Below, one piece after another: positions 53,401 through 61,833 of a DNA stretch of 64,000 nt. The translations under genes and the position numbers were made by a program. Position 1 is the first letter of the stretch. Every line of letters begins with the position of its first letter. Origin of the DNA: Planctomycetota bacterium. GTDB taxonomy: Bacteria > Planctomycetota > Planctomycetia > Pirellulales > UBA1268. The notes below the pieces were generated by a model. The model saw only the letters and a list, made by a program, of their open reading frames with translations. It was not told the origin of the DNA and ran no database searches. The stretch is from contig QWOQ01000005.1 in NCBI GenBank assembly GCA_003669585.1, positions 131,846 to 195,845 of the forward strand. Direction: 5' to 3'.

Positions 53401-54342
53401 AAACTGGGCCGTCTTCTCCCGCCACTGCTTCATCCGAGCATCGACTTCCGCTGACGGTAACGACGAGGCCGTCGTGCCGCTGAGCCCCGCCCAAAGCGCG
53501 GTCAGGTAAGTCGTATTAAGCTTCTCCTCGGCGGCCACTCCAGCGATGTCGGCGGCCCCGCCGCTGGTGAACTTGTCGCGGTAGCGCAGGGTCGCCGCGA
53601 GGTGCGCTGCTAGCGGCGGCTCTCCATTGGGTCCGGCATAGCGAGCGTGGAAACTGCGGAGCGGCTTGAGAGCCTCCTCAGTCCAATCCGGGCGTTCGGT
53701 GGAAGGGGAAAATCGGAAACCGCCGGGCAGGAGCACTACCCGCGCGGCGACGTCACGAGCGGCGTGGTGATAGCGTTCGACCAGTTCGGGCGTGACCGGC
53801 ATCGCCTCCCCGACGTTGGCAAAGCCCTCGCCGCCGACGCTGTCGACGGGAAACTCGCGAGCCTGTGTTGGTCGCATGTCTACGCCGGTGAGATCACGGA
53901 CCGCGTTGTCGTACTCCGTGTTGCTCAGTCGACGCAGCGTGACCTGCCCGGGATCACCGGCCCGCGCGGCCGCCTCGGCATCGAGTGCCGCCGTGATCCA
54001 GCCCAGCAGTTGCTCCCTCTCGGCCTCACTTGGCTGCGGCGCGTCTTTCGGCGGCATGTCGCCCAGTCGCAACCGGTCGGCAACGTCACCGAGCAGTTTG
54101 GGCTTGGCGAGTATCGCCTGGGCGGAGCCAAAGCCCGTGAGATCGAGATCGTTATCGTTGGGCATTTCCCCGTGGCAATTCCCGCAGGACCTGACGAGTA
54201 GCGGCTGGATCTGTGTGGTATACGTTTGCGCGAGGTCGTCTGCACTATCGGCAGACGCGGCCGCGAGTGTGAGAGAGGCAATAAGCAGCACAGCGCAAGC
54301 CGTCCGGTTCCGCCGTGCCCCTACTTCTATGAGGCATCGCAT
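50452..54342 (-). CDS. Large DUF1592/DUF1588 family cytochrome c protein
   Basis: CGNCHG, LRRLSNTEYDN, ELATRLSFLLWDSIPD, RTSPVKRG, CAGCHVRIDP. Confidence 0.9.
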   Translation of the reverse strand: MRCLIEVGARRNRTACAVLLIASLTLAAASADSADDLAQTYTTQIQPLLVRSCGNCHGEMPNDNDLDLTGFGSAQAILAKPKLLGDVADRLRLGDMPPKDAPQPSEAEREQLLGWITAALDAEAAARAGDPGQVTLRRLSNTEYDNAVRDLTGVDMRPTQAREFPVDSVGGEGFANVGEAMPVTPELVERYHHAARDVAARVVLLPGGFRFSPSTERPDWTEEALKPLRSFHARYAGPNGEPPLAAHLAATLRYRDKFTSGGAADIAGVAAEEKLNTTYLTALWAGLSGTTASSLPSAEVDARMKQWREKTAQFEAEKQRRKAALPKIESRWASSKRVLAESKVAEGGSVPFEHKVLVERGELLLLTVLPNENHGADSTLVEWTIHETAADGRTWSVADLVPNLLMGNPWSDKHEARWSFLETTSLPTFLTERRDSIAGKSELKSWSLGSEPSVFVNSAAEPISVWTTLPARSVFVHPGQKRPVAIAWTSPIAGELVVAGRVADAHPSGGDGVSFELSHVAAPDLGQALADLGSASTDLPDPGPAPALLDHIREKWREATTDPAPVLAAIKAAQDQLFQGNYGKNAAMAVGNGFPAWEDLRRVVARERVQGAAREPLFRMVALPAQPNTFVVWDRLRLEGGDGPPLVFAEHPELAAVVEQASGLKFGHHPQGRPVPKSALVTAAGTEVIIDLTKLPADLQKALTLPRFLRADVSLDEASPETASVEAFLIGATGGGGNLAEPVAKAEVGDPHAAQIVHPRVAAERARPAAEFRALFPPAVLFQPIIPRDAQGSVFLYRREDEPLRRLLLDEAGRAEIDRLWSELEFVSEQAFATPIAYEGLVQYYRKPNDGARIMFFYIQLFEEQIKREEKAFLATQVAAEPGHLETLLAFATRAWRRPLAADERKAILTSYRADRAEGAKHDPAFRAAMARVLSSPWFLYRAEQPAPGPHWQPVSGDELATRLSFLLWDSIPDDQLRAKAARLHEPAVMEEQLRRMLTDVRVQGMAAEFGARWLGVRDFVTNHGRNLKHFPEFTPAVRDALAEEPVRFFADLLVNDRPVGDVIAADAVVANDLLAEYYGIPGVTGPQWRRVEKVSAYGRGGLLGFGAVLAKQSAASRTSPVKRGAWVVQLIGERLPKVPPGVPPLPETPPDGLSVREITERHRQEAACAGCHVRIDPYGMTLEQFDALGRLRPAKDQKPGDARATTRDGVDIDGFVGLRDYIAGPRRKDLLRELAHKLTGYALGRAVQLSDRKLVNELTKTMVDGGRWSDVLLMIVHSEQFRCIRPASTAAATFP

Positions 54343-54466
54343 CAGATTCGCTCCTTGGCTCTCGATATGCTTGCACAGTTCGGCCGTCACCGCAGCGACA
54401 TCAACTTTTGCCAGTTTGTCCACAATGAGCTGGTGGCTTTCGACTCCGGCCTTCCACTCTTAGGAT

Positions 54467-54502
54467 AAAGGATAGCCCGGTCAACGGCACTTCCACAAGC
54501 GT
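54467..54502 (-). repeat. 36-bp module-junction site, copy 5
   Basis: Minus strand ACGCTTGTGGAAGTGCCGTTGACCGGGCTATCCTTT. Confidence 0.9.
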
Positions 54503-54639
54503 CGAACCTGTCAAAGTGATGCTCTCGGCATCAGCGAACGCACCCTTTGGAGTTTGACAGCCCCTCGCGGTTCGATTCCCTGTGTGCGGTGTGGTCACGG
54601 GAAGGCTTGTTTACAACTGAAGGCCTAGAGATGGCCTTG

Positions 54640-54786
54640 CGCTGCGGCAACGTCAGGCTTCGGCATCCGCCTCACCAGCAATAGTCTGCGCTTACTGTCA
54701 CTGTTTACTGAACCGACTGCCTGCGGGACACACGAAAACCCAGGTAGTAGTAGCGGCTCGACGGGCCGCGGCTGACGCGGAACGCC
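54640..54786 (-). repeat. Orphan copy of FGE-sulfatase 3' end plus downstream flank (direct repeat of 55953-56102)
   Basis: Encodes AFRVSRGPSSRYYYLGFRVSRRQSVQ* and ~65 bp of shared downstream sequence. Confidence 0.88.
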
Positions 54787-54872
54787 CGGAAGTTGGCACA
54801 AGAGCAGGTGAACAATGGCGGCAGACGCTTCAACAATCCGAGTCCCTCAACACAGAGGAGCCGAAGAGGGGT

Positions 54873-55694
54873 TCACCCGATTTTTATCAATAATCCCTCG
54901 ACTGTCGTCGACGAGTACGATTTCAGTGAGAGCGCGGCCCCCTTCACGCTCGTAACTCCTGTTGACGTTAATTTCGCAGACCCCGTTCCATTAATTTCAG
55001 CACATCCTGCGCTGACGGTGTAATTGCCGGCTGTGACTTTCCTTGACAAACATGTTAAGCCATCCATTCCCGCAACAGTCGTGTCCATGGTTACATAGCA
55101 TCCCGTTTCCTCGCCAATTATTTTCTTAACAGCGAGAGCTAGCTTGGTATTTTTTCCGTGCGAGGCTATTCTATCCGTTGCCGTTTCACATTTTGTTGAT
55201 GTGTCAATAACGTATCCCGGGCCTTTTTTTACCGTTACGCTATTCGCATTGGATATATCGATCTTGAATCCCCCCACGGGCAGAGCCCCCCCAAGCAACG
55301 GAAGAAGTCCGAAAGCGCTAACCTGTAATCCCGACGTACTGGAAATATTTGCTCCAACGACAGCGGTCAATTTCAGGCCGTAGTGACTACTCGAACCAAA
55401 GCCAGCCTGCACGCTGGCCGAGTTTCCTTCCAGGAAACTGTTGCTGTTGCCAAAATGCACCCCCCTTTTGGTTCCCTCAAGAAACCCATAAGAATCACCT
55501 TTCTGTGTGTTGGCACTGTCTCCAATCTGCTCTTTATAGCTGTCGCCTGTTTGAAGCTCGGCCGAAGAACCCTTCGTGTTAAAATTCGCGGACTCTTCTG
55601 TTATGCCGGTTGTGTTACCGCTGAATCTAAATTTTTTCTGCCCGGAACCAAAATTATCCGTAAACCATCCGGTAAATTTTTCTAAGGTCGTCAT
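54873..55694 (-). CDS. Gly/Ser/Thr-rich protein resembling a VgrG/gp5 C-terminal beta-helix
   Basis: 8-residue periodic repeats (LQTGDSYK/EQIGDSAN/TQKGDSYG), ends TTVEGLLIKIG; RBS AGAAAGGA; AT-richer than neighbours. Confidence 0.55.
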   Translation of the reverse strand: MTTLEKFTGWFTDNFGSGQKKFRFSGNTTGITEESANFNTKGSSAELQTGDSYKEQIGDSANTQKGDSYGFLEGTKRGVHFGNSNSFLEGNSASVQAGFGSSSHYGLKLTAVVGANISSTSGLQVSAFGLLPLLGGALPVGGFKIDISNANSVTVKKGPGYVIDTSTKCETATDRIASHGKNTKLALAVKKIIGEETGCYVTMDTTVAGMDGLTCLSRKVTAGNYTVSAGCAEINGTGSAKLTSTGVTSVKGAALSLKSYSSTTVEGLLIKIG

Positions 55695-56017
55695 GGGGAG
55701 ATCCTTTCTAACGAGCGAAATGATTGAAGTGAATAAATTCGTGCACCAGGCTATCACAGAAAAACTTTTCCCAAGCCATCATCTCTCTACAATCCCAAAA
55801 ATAAATGTGTCGGTAACGAACATCAGAACAGACTATTTTCTGTTTTTAGATGTGTTCAAAAAATGTCAAACACCCTAACCGATTTCTAACTCTTTGGTCA
55901 CCGGGGTGAGCTTACGCTCGAGACGTGGGACGGGTAGCGATGAGAGCTGCCTCGCTGCGGAAAAGTCAGGCTGCGGCATCTGCCTCACGAGCAATAGTCT
56001 GCGCTTACTGTCACTAT

Positions 56018-56788
56018 TTACTGAACCGACTGCCTGCGGGACACACGGAAACCCAGGTAGTAGTAGTGGCCCGACGGGACGTAGAAGCTGTTGCGGAGCG
56101 CCGACCGACAGCCGCCTGGATAGAACCACCAGCCGCCTCCGCGAAGCACGCGGGACGAGCCCTCTTCGGGGCCGATTGGATCGACACCGCCTCTAAGTTT
56201 TCCGTCGTACCAATCCGAGCACCACTCGAACACGTTGCCGTGCATGTCGTGCAAGCCCCAAGGGTTTGGCTTTTTCAAGCCAACCTCGTGGTCGTATTTC
56301 TCGTCAACACTCTTAAAGTTGTGGTCGAACCACGCATACTCACCCAACTTCGATTCATCATTGCCAAATGAAAATGCTGTTGTTGTTTCTGCCCGACACG
56401 CATACTCCCACTCCGCTTCTGTCGGCAGACGATACTCTTCATCAGCTTTCAGCTTCCCGGACTTACGTTCAATCGCTGTCAGCTTCTTGCAAAACTCTGT
56501 GGCTTCATCCCAGCTCACATACGTTGCCGGGCAGTTCTTGTCAGCCTGTATGGAGTCTTTCCCTTTCCAAGGCTCCGACTTCATCACGCTCTTCCACTGC
56601 TCTTGAGTCACTCCTGTCTTGCCAAGCCCGAATGGCTGCGTCAGCGTCACGGAAACTTGTGCCTCGTCGTCTTCACGAGTCTTTTCGCTTTTAGGACTGC
56701 CCATCGTGAACTTCCCTGCTGGAATCTCAATCAACTCCATCCCAATTGAATTGATTACGCTCGAGAGCTTCACGCCCTGTGTACACAT
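56018..56788 (-). CDS. FGE-sulfatase (SUMF1) domain protein, candidate DGR target
   Basis: NSIGMELIEIPAGKFTMGS, RLPTEAEWEYACRA, PNPWGLHDMHGNVFEWC, RVLRGGGW, LGFRV. Confidence 0.92.
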   Translation of the reverse strand: MCTQGVKLSSVINSIGMELIEIPAGKFTMGSPKSEKTREDDEAQVSVTLTQPFGLGKTGVTQEQWKSVMKSEPWKGKDSIQADKNCPATYVSWDEATEFCKKLTAIERKSGKLKADEEYRLPTEAEWEYACRAETTTAFSFGNDESKLGEYAWFDHNFKSVDEKYDHEVGLKKPNPWGLHDMHGNVFEWCSDWYDGKLRGGVDPIGPEEGSSRVLRGGGWWFYPGGCRSALRNSFYVPSGHYYYLGFRVSRRQSVQ

Positions 56789-56911
56789 TGGAATTCCCCT
56801 TGAAAGTATGGTGATCGGGGGGATTTTACACACGGGACGCTGGACGGGTAGTTGTGCACACTTTACTTTGTGATTTTTCTCTAGTTATGGCTTGTTTTGC
56901 CGCTTAAAGCC

Positions 56912-57135
56912 GAGCCGAAGAGTGGATCATCCGCAACCAGTTTTGAAGGCGCAACCCGTCGGCCTACACTCGCACACAGATGGCCTTGCGTCTGGAGGCG
57001 ACCATCGCGGCACGGGCGAAGGCGAACGTCAAGCGTGGAGCAGGATCCTGAGTTTCGGTTCGTCAGAAATCTGACAACCCGATCGACACCAAGCGTGAAA
57101 TCGCCACGCTCGCCGGCGTCTCGCAAGACATAGCG
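56912..57135 (+). pseudogene. ParB-like phage/plasmid protein remnant
   Basis: AEEWIIRNQF*RRNPSAYTRTQMALRLEATIAARAK...QKSDNPIDTKREIATLAGVSQD with in-frame stops. Confidence 0.6.
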
Positions 57136-57494
57136 CAGGCCTTCGCTGTGCAGATGAATCGCATAAAAAAATAAACATGATCTGCTTTACGCTTTCGCTA
57201 TGCTCGCCAAGGCCCTGGCTCCGAAGAGCTGCTGAGTCTGAAACGCTGTTAGGCGTGATCCTCGAAGGCCGTTTCTCGTCGAGTTGTGTCAAAATGAGGC
57301 TGCCCCCGCTGTAGACGATCCAGAAACACAAATTGTTGGCGATTGGATGGTCTTATAATTACAGCGTCTGCCTGCTGGCCGATGTTCCCGATGGCAAGCG
57401 CCATGACGGTCCGCCGCAGCGAATGATTCGGCGCGATGGCGTGAAAGCGGCCGCTACGGGAATCAGAGAGAGGCCGCAGTTCATCACACGGAAT

Positions 57495-57640
57495 GAGACG
57501 GATTGGATGGGCAACACATCGAAAGTAGCCCTGCGAGAATATCTTGATGACCGATGACCGATGACCACAGACCACGGACACGCATTTTGATGCGGCAGTG
57601 CGGGGGGGTGAAAAACCGCTGCAATGCGTTGCAGCGAGTG
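57495..57640 (+). pseudogene. C-terminal remnant of a tyrosine integrase next to the tRNA
   Basis: DWMGNTSKVALREYL...TDTHFDAAV resembles the WxGNS..VA..HY..TD.HF end of planctomycete integrases; interrupted by (GATGACC)3 at 57546-57566. Confidence 0.55.
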
Positions 57641-57716
57641 CACGCAAGGGTGGGGCCTAGAGCCGCAACCACACAACCGAAAAAAAAGAAACCCCTGTTT
57701 TGCAGAGGCTTGCAGA

Positions 57717-57740
57717 GGGGTTGCGATTTCTTGCAACCCC
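57717..57740 (-). terminator. Hairpin downstream of tRNA
   Basis: GGGGTTGC-N8-GCAACCCC directly after the tRNA 3' end. Confidence 0.45.
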
Positions 57741-57746
57741 CCATAA

Positions 57747-57820
<74 letters not shown>

Positions 57821-58207
57821 ACATATTAAAACAGTCACACAAGAGTGTCTGAATCAGTGCGTTACTATACCGGCTGCAGTGCCGTCTTGAAAGTACCTGT
57901 GAAAAAGAACTCTCTTCGTATTGTTTTGACACTGACAACAAAGGACATTGGGCGTCTTGAGGCCCAGACTTCTGAAAAACATTGCGATCGTTGGCTATGC
58001 GGCAAAACCTGCCTAAACTGCCAATCTCATCGTTGAAATAAAAGATTTTTCTACGTTTATGAGTTTGAATCCCATTTTCAGCATCGAAAAAAACTCTGTA
58101 TTTTGTCGATACTTCAATGCAGCGGTAACGTGAGAACATCGGGGGCAACAAAGGTTGCCACTGACATTGATTCTCTTCCGTCGATGGTTTGATTCATGTG
58201 AGTTGAA

Positions 58208-59854
58208 ATGGATTTCCCAAACGATTCCAAAAAACCATCGCTGCCCCGAAAGCCAAGAGCGCCAGCATTTCCCGACATCGCAATTGGCAGTGTGCTTGTG
58301 GGAGGTCTTCCGTGGAAGGATGCAAACGCATCGAAGACTGAAAAAGAGAAGTTAGGCGACATCAGTTCATCGGTAAAAAAGAAGAACCGTCAAGGAAAAA
58401 AAGAACCTGAATCTGCTGAAACTTTGTTCGAACGATTTATTCGATCAACGCCCGCGTGGACTGTAAGTCTGTCGGTGCACATGGTCGTGGTTCTCATTCT
58501 TGCGCTGTGGAATGTGCACCATGAAATTCCAAAGACCATTCGGTTAACCATGTCGTTCAACGCTGGTGTTGATCGTACCGATGACAAGCGGGTGGATATT
58601 CCGTCGATCGCATCAGAAGAGATTCCTGAAGAGACTGAAATTGTGATGACAAACGAACCTCTGGTTGAAGATCCAGAGGCGTCACCTTCGGAAGTGCCAA
58701 TAACTGTGGATGTCAGTTCGATGGCTTCTCATGAGGCGCCCTTGGTGATGGGAACTCCGCTTGCAGGTCGCGAACCGGGCAGCAAACAGATTCTCATTGC
58801 AGCGCACGGAGGATGTGATCGCACCGAGCAAGCCGTGGGAAAGGCGCTTGAGTGGTTAGCCCGGCAGCAAAACAAAAAAACCGATCTCTGGAGTCTTACT
58901 GGCCCTTACAAAGATGGGGGAAGTCAGGAAAACCAACTCGCGGCCAGCGCGATGGCACTTCTGGCATTTCAGGGAGCTGGAAACACTACCAATCAAGGGC
59001 CGTATCGAGATGTGGTTCAGCGGGCGTGGGGGAAAATTCTTGCCAAGCAAAACCCGGACGGTGTCTTTGAAGTTGGAAAGGTTCCTCTGCAGCACAAACA
59101 CTATTCCCATGCGCAGATCACGATTGCCCTGTGTGAAATGTATGGAATGACAAAGAATCCAATTTATGAAGAACCAGCGCGACGGGCAATTGCGTACGCG
59201 ATCAATTCCCAAGGCCCCGATGGAGGTTGGAGGTACGAACCGGGAAAGCCCGGCGACATGTCGATGACGGGTTGGTTCATGATGGCACTGAAGAGCGCCG
59301 AAATGGCGGAGATCCCGGTGCCGGCTGAGTCGTTCGTTCAGATCAACAATTTCCTCGACCTCGTGGCCGAAAATGACGGAGCCAGATATGGCTATCAACG
59401 TCCAAATCATAATAAAAAACCAGTTGCCATCACCAAGGCAGTGTCTGCCGAGGGTTTGCTTTGTCGGCAGTATCTTGGATGGAAGCATGACGATCCAAGA
59501 CTGATTGCCGGAGTGGAATTGCTTCTCGATGCACCGTTGGACTTGTCGGGAGAGAAGGATTTTTATGCGTGGTATTACGTTACGCAGGTCTGCCATCACA
59601 TCCAAGGCTCGGCGTGGAAGAGATGGAACTCGCAGATGCGAGATGTTTTGCCAGATGCTCAAGTTGAGAGCGGTTCAGAACGCGGAAGTTGGGATCCGGC
59701 ACTCGATCATTGGGGAAGTCAAGCAGGCAGAATTTTTACGACCTGCATGGCAACCTACATGCTTGAGGTTTATTACCGGCATCTGCCGATCTATCAACAA
59801 AAAGCTTCACAGAACAAAATCATTCTTTCCGATACATCGCACGGATCGAATTAA
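58208..59854 (+). CDS. Prenyltransferase/squalene-oxidase repeat protein, membrane-anchored
   Basis: SLSVH TM segment, ALEWLARQQ, QNPDG, QGPDGGWRY, GSWDP, LEVYYRHLP. Confidence 0.85.
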   Translation: MDFPNDSKKPSLPRKPRAPAFPDIAIGSVLVGGLPWKDANASKTEKEKLGDISSSVKKKNRQGKKEPESAETLFERFIRSTPAWTVSLSVHMVVVLILALWNVHHEIPKTIRLTMSFNAGVDRTDDKRVDIPSIASEEIPEETEIVMTNEPLVEDPEASPSEVPITVDVSSMASHEAPLVMGTPLAGREPGSKQILIAAHGGCDRTEQAVGKALEWLARQQNKKTDLWSLTGPYKDGGSQENQLAASAMALLAFQGAGNTTNQGPYRDVVQRAWGKILAKQNPDGVFEVGKVPLQHKHYSHAQITIALCEMYGMTKNPIYEEPARRAIAYAINSQGPDGGWRYEPGKPGDMSMTGWFMMALKSAEMAEIPVPAESFVQINNFLDLVAENDGARYGYQRPNHNKKPVAITKAVSAEGLLCRQYLGWKHDDPRLIAGVELLLDAPLDLSGEKDFYAWYYVTQVCHHIQGSAWKRWNSQMRDVLPDAQVESGSERGSWDPALDHWGSQAGRIFTTCMATYMLEVYYRHLPIYQQKASQNKIILSDTSHGSN

Positions 59855-59858
59855 CAAA

Positions 59859-60320
59859 TCAGCCCCACTGTCGCAGTGCTTCATAGCAGGCGATCGCAGC
59901 GCAATTGGAGACGTTCAAACTGCGGACTTGCGGACGCGCAGCAATCCGAAGAACCCGATCAGGATGATGCGCGAGCAATTCCTTTGGGAGCCCGCGAGAT
60001 TCACTGCCAAAGATAATTGCATCTCCATGTTCAAAACCAACATCGGTATACTTGCGAGAAGCGTGTGTTGAGAAAAACCACATAGGACGCACGCCCATGC
60101 GATCAATCAGATGTTGCCACGAGTCAACCGCCTCCCACTCCAGTTCATCCCAGTAATCCAACCCCGCTCGTCGGAGATAATAATCATCGAGACTAAATCC
60201 CAGAGGTCGCACGAGCCACATTTTCGCGCCTACCGCCACGCAGGTGCGGCCGACATTCCCAGCATTTGGAGGAATCTCTGGTTCGTGTAAGACAACATGA
60301 AGAAGAGGGTTGTAACGCAT
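59859..60320 (-). CDS. trmL: tRNA (cytidine(34)-2'-O)-methyltransferase
   Basis: PEIPPNAGN, RRAGLDYW, FGSESRGL, RSLNVSN. Confidence 0.93.
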   Translation of the reverse strand: MRYNPLLHVVLHEPEIPPNAGNVGRTCVAVGAKMWLVRPLGFSLDDYYLRRAGLDYWDELEWEAVDSWQHLIDRMGVRPMWFFSTHASRKYTDVGFEHGDAIIFGSESRGLPKELLAHHPDRVLRIAARPQVRSLNVSNCAAIACYEALRQWG

Positions 60321-60534
60321 GCCGAAGACCTCATGAAAAGAACATTCTCGATGAAAGTTGGCTGAGGAAAAGGGTTCGTCCTCCCCGACTCCAAAGGCCT
60401 CTGGTATCGTCTCAGTTTGAGAATATGAGGCTCGTGGAGTTCACAATCAATTTCTGCAGTATCATTCATCTGTTCCGAATTAAAAAGGTTCCCTACAAAA
60501 ACAAGCCGCCCTCGAAATAATCCGTTCACACTTT

Positions 60535-60574
60535 TTGTCGACTTTTCGACTTGTCGACTTGTCGACTTGTCTAC
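60535..60574. repeat. 8-bp tandem repeat x5
   Basis: TTGTCGAC TTTTCGAC TTGTCGAC TTGTCGAC TTGTCTAC. Confidence 0.9.
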
Positions 60575-60584
60575 TATTGGCTCT

Positions 60585-61739
60585 ATGATCACCATTGTTC
60601 GAAATCCAACTCGTTCGGTTCGTGTAGGCTTGGTCACCATTGGTGGCGGGCACCCAATTGTGCTGCAGAGCATGACAGCCACGCACACCAGCGATATTGA
60701 CGCAACCGTTGACCAGATAGAGGCTCTGCGCCAAGCGGGAGCGGGGATCGTTCGCATCGCGGTCGACAATCGAAAGGACACTGCAGCACTCCAGCAGATT
60801 CGAGCGCGCACAAACGCGACACTTGCGATTGATCTTCAGGAAAATTACAGACTCGCAGCTGAGGCTGCACCCTACGTTGACAAGCTCAGATATAATCCTG
60901 GGCATTTGTATCATCACGAACCGACAAAGCCGTGGCAGGACAAGGTTCGATGGTTGGCCGATATTGCTTCCAAGCACGACTGCGCGATGCGTGTGGGCGT
61001 GAATTGTGGAAGTGTGGATCCTTCAAAAAAAGAAGTGTTTGCCGAGGGAGACTCCATCGGTCCAATGATTGCAAGTGCTCTTGAGCACTGCGAGTTGCTC
61101 GACTCGATTGGATTTACGCAATACTGCGTCTCCCTCAAAGACTCTGATCCTTCCAAAGTGATTGACGTCAATCGACAATTTGCTCAGATTCGTCCAGACG
61201 TGCCACTCCATCTTGGAGTCACAGAAGCCGGCATGCCTCCTGATGGAATCATCAAGACACGAATTGCCTTTGAGCAGCTTTTGAGTCGTGGCATCGGAGA
61301 TACGGTGCGAGTTTCTTTGACGGTTCCCAATGTGCGAAAGCCGGAAGAAATTCTGGCTGCGCGAGAAATTCTTGCTGACATAGCGAGCGGTCGGGTTCGA
61401 AGCGTAGTGGACTACGGGTTGTCTTCGCTCAACATTATCAGCTGCCCGAGCTGCTCTCGCGTGGAAAATGAAGCCTTTATTGAACTCGCCAGTCAGGTCA
61501 AGGAGATGACTGGCTATGCCCGTGAACACGCCATCACAATTGCCGTCATGGGTTGTCGAGTGAATGGACCTGGCGAGACTGACGATGCTGATCTTGGTCT
61601 TTGGTGCGGTCCTACCCATGTCAATCTCAAGCGGCGATCCGTCGAACTCGGCGCGTTTCGGTATGATTTAATTTTGCCAAAGCTTCGAGAGGAACTCGAT
61701 CTTTTGATCGCTGCTCGTGCGTCTGCGAAAGCAATATGA
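60585..61739 (+). CDS. ispG: (E)-4-hydroxy-3-methylbut-2-enyl-diphosphate synthase
   Basis: [56 protein letters not shown]. Confidence 0.96.
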   Translation: MITIVRNPTRSVRVGLVTIGGGHPIVLQSMTATHTSDIDATVDQIEALRQAGAGIVRIAVDNRKDTAALQQIRARTNATLAIDLQENYRLAAEAAPYVDKLRYNPGHLYHHEPTKPWQDKVRWLADIASKHDCAMRVGVNCGSVDPSKKEVFAEGDSIGPMIASALEHCELLDSIGFTQYCVSLKDSDPSKVIDVNRQFAQIRPDVPLHLGVTEAGMPPDGIIKTRIAFEQLLSRGIGDTVRVSLTVPNVRKPEEILAAREILADIASGRVRSVVDYGLSSLNIISCPSCSRVENEAFIELASQVKEMTGYAREHAITIAVMGCRVNGPGETDDADLGLWCGPTHVNLKRRSVELGAFRYDLILPKLREELDLLIAARASAKAI

Positions 61740-61833
61740 CAAAAAATCTTTTCGCGTTCGCATCGGAAAATGCTCCCCTTACTTTCACAGACTTTAACAT
61801 TCTGATTCGAACTCCTTGCTGCGCAACACCGCT

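Noticed and set aside
31249-54502. 36-bp repeats as a CRISPR array
   Set aside because: Copies are kilobases apart, in both orientations, with no spacers or cas genes.
31249-54502. 36-bp repeats as integron attC or XerCD dif sites
   Set aside because: No RYYYAAC/GTTRRRY ends or long palindrome, no recognisable XerD arm (TTATGTTAAAT), no intI.
54569-54580. GGTTCGATTCCC as a tRNA fragment or att site
   Set aside because: No T-stem or acceptor pairing, and no extended match to the tRNA-Met 3' end.
54640-54786. Orphan repeat as the DGR template repeat
   Set aside because: It lacks adenines at most differing positions, so it looks like a second variable region; no RT or avd gene is nearby.
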